From assembly GCA_964057225.1 (NCBI GenBank), contig OZ059896.1, positions 6,262,001 through 6,326,000 on the forward strand: a DNA stretch of 64,000 nt. Reading direction: 5' to 3'. Below are positions 59,300-64,000 of the stretch, piece by piece. The position numbers were made by a program, and so were the translations under genes. The DNA is from Auanema rhodensis (Eukaryota; Animalia; Nematoda). Numbering within the stretch: position 1 is the stretch's first letter; each line of letters opens with the position of its first letter. The notes beneath the pieces are model-generated. The model was not told where the DNA came from. It was given only the letters and a program-made list of their open reading frames with translations, and searched no databases.

Positions 59300-61584
59300 G
59301 AGTTCGAACTGGAAAACTGCTCCAAAAGTAACCTCATCCTGAGTGACCTTCACCAACAGCTCATCCTCCGCATCGGCCATTCCTCTTTCCAAAACGTTTT
59401 AGCTTGAAATATCCTTCTGTCTCTCAATCATAAGCAAACTGTAGGCTCGTATTCAGATATATAGCACGTGCCATTCGTACCCTGATGTGCTTGGATGACG
59501 AGCATGAAATATATGCGTACCATGAGTTATCTTTATCGCTGTAACCCAGCTTTAAGGTGTCATGTCTTATCAGCTGTCGTCTCAATGCCGTGTTTTCCCT
59601 TCTTTCATCTAATTCGCTAGAGGATGTCAGTTATGTATCGCCATTTTAAGAGACAAAGTTCATATTATCTTCCGTTATCGGCATTCTCCTCAATTATTTT
59701 CTCTTCATCTCTGTTTTTTCTACATTGTCCACCTTTCTCTATTGTTCCTTTTCTGTCTCCCTCTTTTTCTTCTCTCTATTCTTTATCACTACCTAAACTA
59801 TTATTCTCAACCTAGCGTTTTCGTTACTCTGTATCCGCCAGTTTATCCGGTGTACGGCGCTCAGATGCATCTTTCGTCGTCCAGTTTCGGTTTTCCGTTT
59901 CTTTTCTTCTATGTGGTTTAGATTTTTCATTTTGCAGTGTATTGAGAGTTCCTTATGCAAGATAACCATAAAAAGACAAATTTGAAAATTTCTGGAAGTG
60001 GAAGTACAGTAATTGAAAAAATCGGAACACTATACAATGTGATCCTATATTTCTCCGTTCTTCCACATCACGCACACAGAAACATCTACACACATCTTTA
60101 TATGTCTTACCTAATTGTTAAATATATAATTATTATAATTTTTATATTTCAAGTTTTGTATTTTTTCGTTTTTAACTTTGAAGGACTACTTCGTAAATAA
60201 TGCGTTCAGCTGAACTAGTCGCAACAAAACTGAAGTTGCCATTTTGTCGTCTTATACAAGCCCTTAGGTTTACTATACGTAGTAAAAAATTTTGTCACTC
60301 ATTAGATGGCTTGTTTGATGCTTTCAAAAATACGTTTTCTACCTTCTCTCAATTTTTTTACTGTGGTCCGTATTTCGTTTTATCCACATTGAGCTGAATG
60401 TTCTTTTCAATCCATTGAAAGATGTATGATGAGTTCTATCACAACTCTTGTGAAACCGTTTATTATGATTTTTCTTCGTGCTTGTAAAGTCATTTTATCT
60501 TCATAAAACTATTACTTGATTTGAATTGGTTTCATATATAAAAAGCAAAAGAATAATCGTGAATATTTAAAGGTTTAGGTAGAATATGAAAAAACAAATT
60601 AATTTATATACAAAGAAAATACTATAAGAATTCTCATAAAAGTATAAACATGAAATATAATATATTTTAATTCATAACAACTAGTTTTAAAAGATAGAAT
60701 AAGCGTAGAAATATAACTTTTCTTAATCTTCATTCAATTAGAAGGTTAATTGTATCTGTATAGCCGTAGGCAATAAGTTTCGATGCATCAAGAGGGTGAT
60801 ACCGATGACTCTTCAATAGAATGAAGGGAGAGAAATATGAGAGAAAACACTAGAAGCAGAAAAAGCGAAATATGAAGAAAGTTCGAGACAGAAAAAATCT
60901 TGAGAATGATCAGCGGAAAGACTAGAGACAGAGATAGAGAAAGCAGTCTGTCCGAGCTAAGTCGGTGTGCTCCACTCCATATCCTCTGTTTGTCCAACTT
61001 GCAATCCGCCTGTCCCTGCACTCTCAACCTCTTTCAACTTCAGCCAGCTTCTGTTTTTCTTCTTTTCATCTGAAACCTCTCCTTAATTTATTGTTTCTCA
61101 TCATCTCTGCTTCATGAATTACTAGACTATCCTACAGAATGAGACAGAGAAGCAAAGGGTCCTCTCTTTAGTACGACGATCAACGAACACGTAACTGTGC
61201 CGTTCTGTATGTATTCCACAATCCATTTTGTAGATAAACGAAAGAAAAGCAAATTTCGAATCAGAAAAAGCGTCTTTTCTTCTAATTGTCATGATTCCAA
61301 TAATATATTAATTATTTTAATTTTGAAGAAAAAATATTATTTTTTTTATTATTGTTTATGAGTATTTTGAGCATTTTGAGCATTTTAATTAAAAAATATG
61401 TATGATGTCTTGTAGTACCAATCTTGTACGTGCGTACACCTGTTATAGAGAGCATAGTATTTATTAGAAGAAAGTTTGGAGGCGATGTGTTATAAACAGT
61501 TGTCAATTTCTCCAACTTTTGACTTTTCATTTCATTGAAGATAATGATAGGAGAACGAGTGAAATATTGAAAGAAAAAGATATA

Positions 61585-61585
61585 G

Positions 61586-61657
<72 letters not shown>
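61585..61657. repeat. (GATA)n followed by perfect (GA)n microsatellite
   Basis: Read directly. Confidence 0.95.
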
Positions 61658-61660
<3 letters not shown>

Positions 61661-62489
61661 GATAGAGAATATGAATATAAGTAAAAGAAGAAGAGAGAAC
61701 GATAAATAGAGTTAATGCTGATAAAAGAGAATAATGTAACTAGACAACGATAGGAAGTGGAGAAGTAGAAGTGAATAAGAGAGAAAAAGAGAGAGAGAGA
61801 AATACAGAGAGAGAGAGATGAAGGGAGATTCGCGTTTCTCGTCAAGTTGTAAAACCCTCAAAATTCTGAATTGAATCGTCAAGATGTTCTAGTGTATGTG
61901 CGATCATGACTGCTTGTATTCTGAATAAAATTATAAGAAACTATATTGAACTAATTATTTCTTTATTATATTCTTATATGAACTAATACTTTTGAATATT
62001 ATTTTAGGTTTTTAAATATTTTTATTGCTTTAATCTCATTTTTTTTGAAGTTAAATCGACTAATATTCTATATTATTGAAAATCTAGTTTTTTTTTTATT
62101 TTATATTAGTTTATTGAAGGATTTATTTTAGAATTGTTCCTATCTTTCAATACTTTCAATGTTTTTTTTTTTCAAATAAAAAAAATAGTTTTGGTCAGAA
62201 ATATGTTGTTCTACTCTAATATCTTATACTTATACAAAAACCTTAAAAATTTTTCAATATTTTTGACAAAAAATTTAAAATTTTACGATACCCTCAAGTT
62301 TCATTTTGAGCTCATTTTACACTAATTTCTGAGCACTGCTTATCTCAGTGCAACAGAAATCTCTTTACTTCACCTATATGAAACCTATTTGAAACGTTTT
62401 CTGTTTTAAAATATTCAATTGATTAATAAATTTTATTATTTTTTACTATTTAAAGAAATATTAGTGTTGGGTAATTCAGTTTCCTAATC

Positions 62490-63224
62490 ATGGAAACAGT
62501 CACTGTTCGAATGGCACGTGGCGAACGCCATATTCCATGGGGCTTTGGAGTAACTGAAGGTCCAAAAGGAGAATCTATTATAGTAAATGTAAGTTTGAAC
62601 ACTAATTATATGAACTAAATATGTGAAGTAAAATATTTTATTTTATTGTTGAACATCTGGATTTAATTAGTTTTTCCTCTTATTTATTCCTTTATGTCAA
62701 TTAGCTATTTGAGATTTTTTTAAACCCAAAGAGAATTATCTAGATTTTGAAAACTTTATAAACAAATGAATAATTTTTATTTTTTAAAATTATTTGTTAA
62801 ACAGAAATGTTTAATAGTTTCTTCAAGTTTTTTTTTTCATTTGTTTTATTTTAAAGAAAAATGGAGAGAACAGATATAAAGATTACTGATAAAAAGATAT
62901 TAAGAAGAGATAGAATAGTGATTGAACACAAAAAAAAAAGAAAAAGAAGCAATTACTTCAATTTCAATCAGTGATTAGATTGTATTGAAATTTCATTTTT
63001 TAAATTACAATATTAAAAACTTTAAACATTTTCTTTTATTTTAATATTATTAAAATATAATAATTATATTTTATTCAGGTTGTTGGAGGATCTTTAGCTG
63101 ATAGAGCAGGATTGAGAAATGGTGACGAAATTGAACAACTTGAAGGATTAAACAACTTGGATATTAATGCTGTTGATCGCCTTCTTGTAACATCAAGAGA
63201 ACGTATTGAGCTTATCGTACACAG
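62490..63224 (+). CDS. N-terminal PDZ domain protein, probably ALP/Enigma (Zasp/alp-1-like) family; first two coding exons, gene probably continues past the window
   Basis: Exons 62490-62588 and 63079-63224 give METVTVRMARGERHIPWGFGV...VNVVGGSLADRAGLRNGDEI...IELIVHR, with the PWGF carboxylate loop and AxRAGLxxGD of a PDZ at the extreme N-terminus. No LIM domains are visible in the window. Confidence 0.75.
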
Positions 63225-64000
63225 GTATGTGATTTAAAGAATCAACATATCCATGTAATATACATATGTATCTATCGTAAAATCTAATCGGTTCCGAAGA
63301 ATTATGAAATATGGTTTAAACCTTTTCCCGGATATAGTAGAATTATAAAAATATATTTAAATAATCATTGAAATTATTCATTAACTATATTTCGTATGAT
63401 TAATCAATTTAACTCAATATTCCCTTCTTTTCTCTTTCTCACTTTCATTTGATTCATTCAATTATAAATTTCACTTTCTATTAATGAATATTAAAAGCAT
63501 TTATCTTACCTTATAAACAGTTGAAGAATTGAAGAATGAAAGAGAATCTTAATTATTCCTTTTATGAACTGTTCGTATTTTCTTTTTCGATCTCTTTACC
63601 ATCAAATTGTAGTTCATTTCTCTTTCTCTCTTTCTTTCTTTTTCTTTATCTCTCTTATTCAATACATATCTTTATCTATATCTTTATATTCTCTAACCCC
63701 CCTTTTTCTATTTTCCTATAATGTATATGAAAACATTTTAGAAGTCATGTAGAGAGATATATACATACATATATGTACATATATCTATCTATCTATATAC
63801 ATATATACATATATAGATATTATAGATAATTTTCTCTTTTTGATTGGAATGAATGATAATATGTAAATTAGGCCACACATGGTATACACCCTAAGGCGTT
63901 TCTTCAACAACCTTTTCTTCAACACCCATCCTTCCTCTTTCAAATTGGGTGGAGCTGACTTTCGACGATTAACCTTTCTATATCTTCTATATTCTATCAA

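Noticed and set aside
59300-59407. 35 open codons after the tax-6 TAG (possible stop-codon readthrough)
   Set aside because: This length is easily reached by chance in GC-richer UTR sequence, and there is no strong readthrough motif. It would need ribosome profiling or conservation.
61312-61845. 177-aa minus-strand ORF
   Set aside because: Low-complexity product of the (GA)n tract and AT-rich DNA.

Overview
This is AT-rich eukaryotic DNA from a rhabditid (clade V) nematode. The proteins are close to C. elegans proteins but clearly distinct, and the species cannot be identified from this window. Genes are split by many short introns of about 42-50 nt, so the ORF track shows only fragments; I rebuilt gene models by reading splice sites by hand. 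I find 15 protein-coding genes. From left to right: a RASSF/rsf-1-like gene (partial), leo-1, a CDPF1-like gene, elo-3, nas-8 and npp-20/SEC13. Next is a probable four-gene minus-strand operon (daf-31/NAA10 > SLC41 > tbce-1 > cyclin-Q-like) head-to-head with nucleolin nucl-1. Then come vha-5, a Srh/Sri-type chemoreceptor, a ~13.8-kb gene-free region rich in GA/TC tracts, calcineurin A tax-6, and the 5' end of a PDZ (ALP/Enigma-like) gene. I found no rRNA, tRNA, CRISPR array or intact transposon. The best candidate for an undescribed system is a splicing cassette in the calcineurin regulatory tail: an in-frame 9-nt microexon next to a 16-bp palindrome made of RBFOX-type motifs, two 98-nt mutually exclusive exons, and a more speculative 34-nt exon that could replace the calmodulin-binding exon. 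Other notable signals are frequent AAG splice acceptors, GC-AG introns, a miR-51/100-family 8mer in the elo-3 3'UTR, a miR-1 site in vha-5, clusters of Grainyhead-like, GATA, AGGTCA and E-box motifs, and a possible signal-peptide-less nas-8 isoform. Ortholog names and chromosome positions come from my memory of C. elegans, not from a database search.
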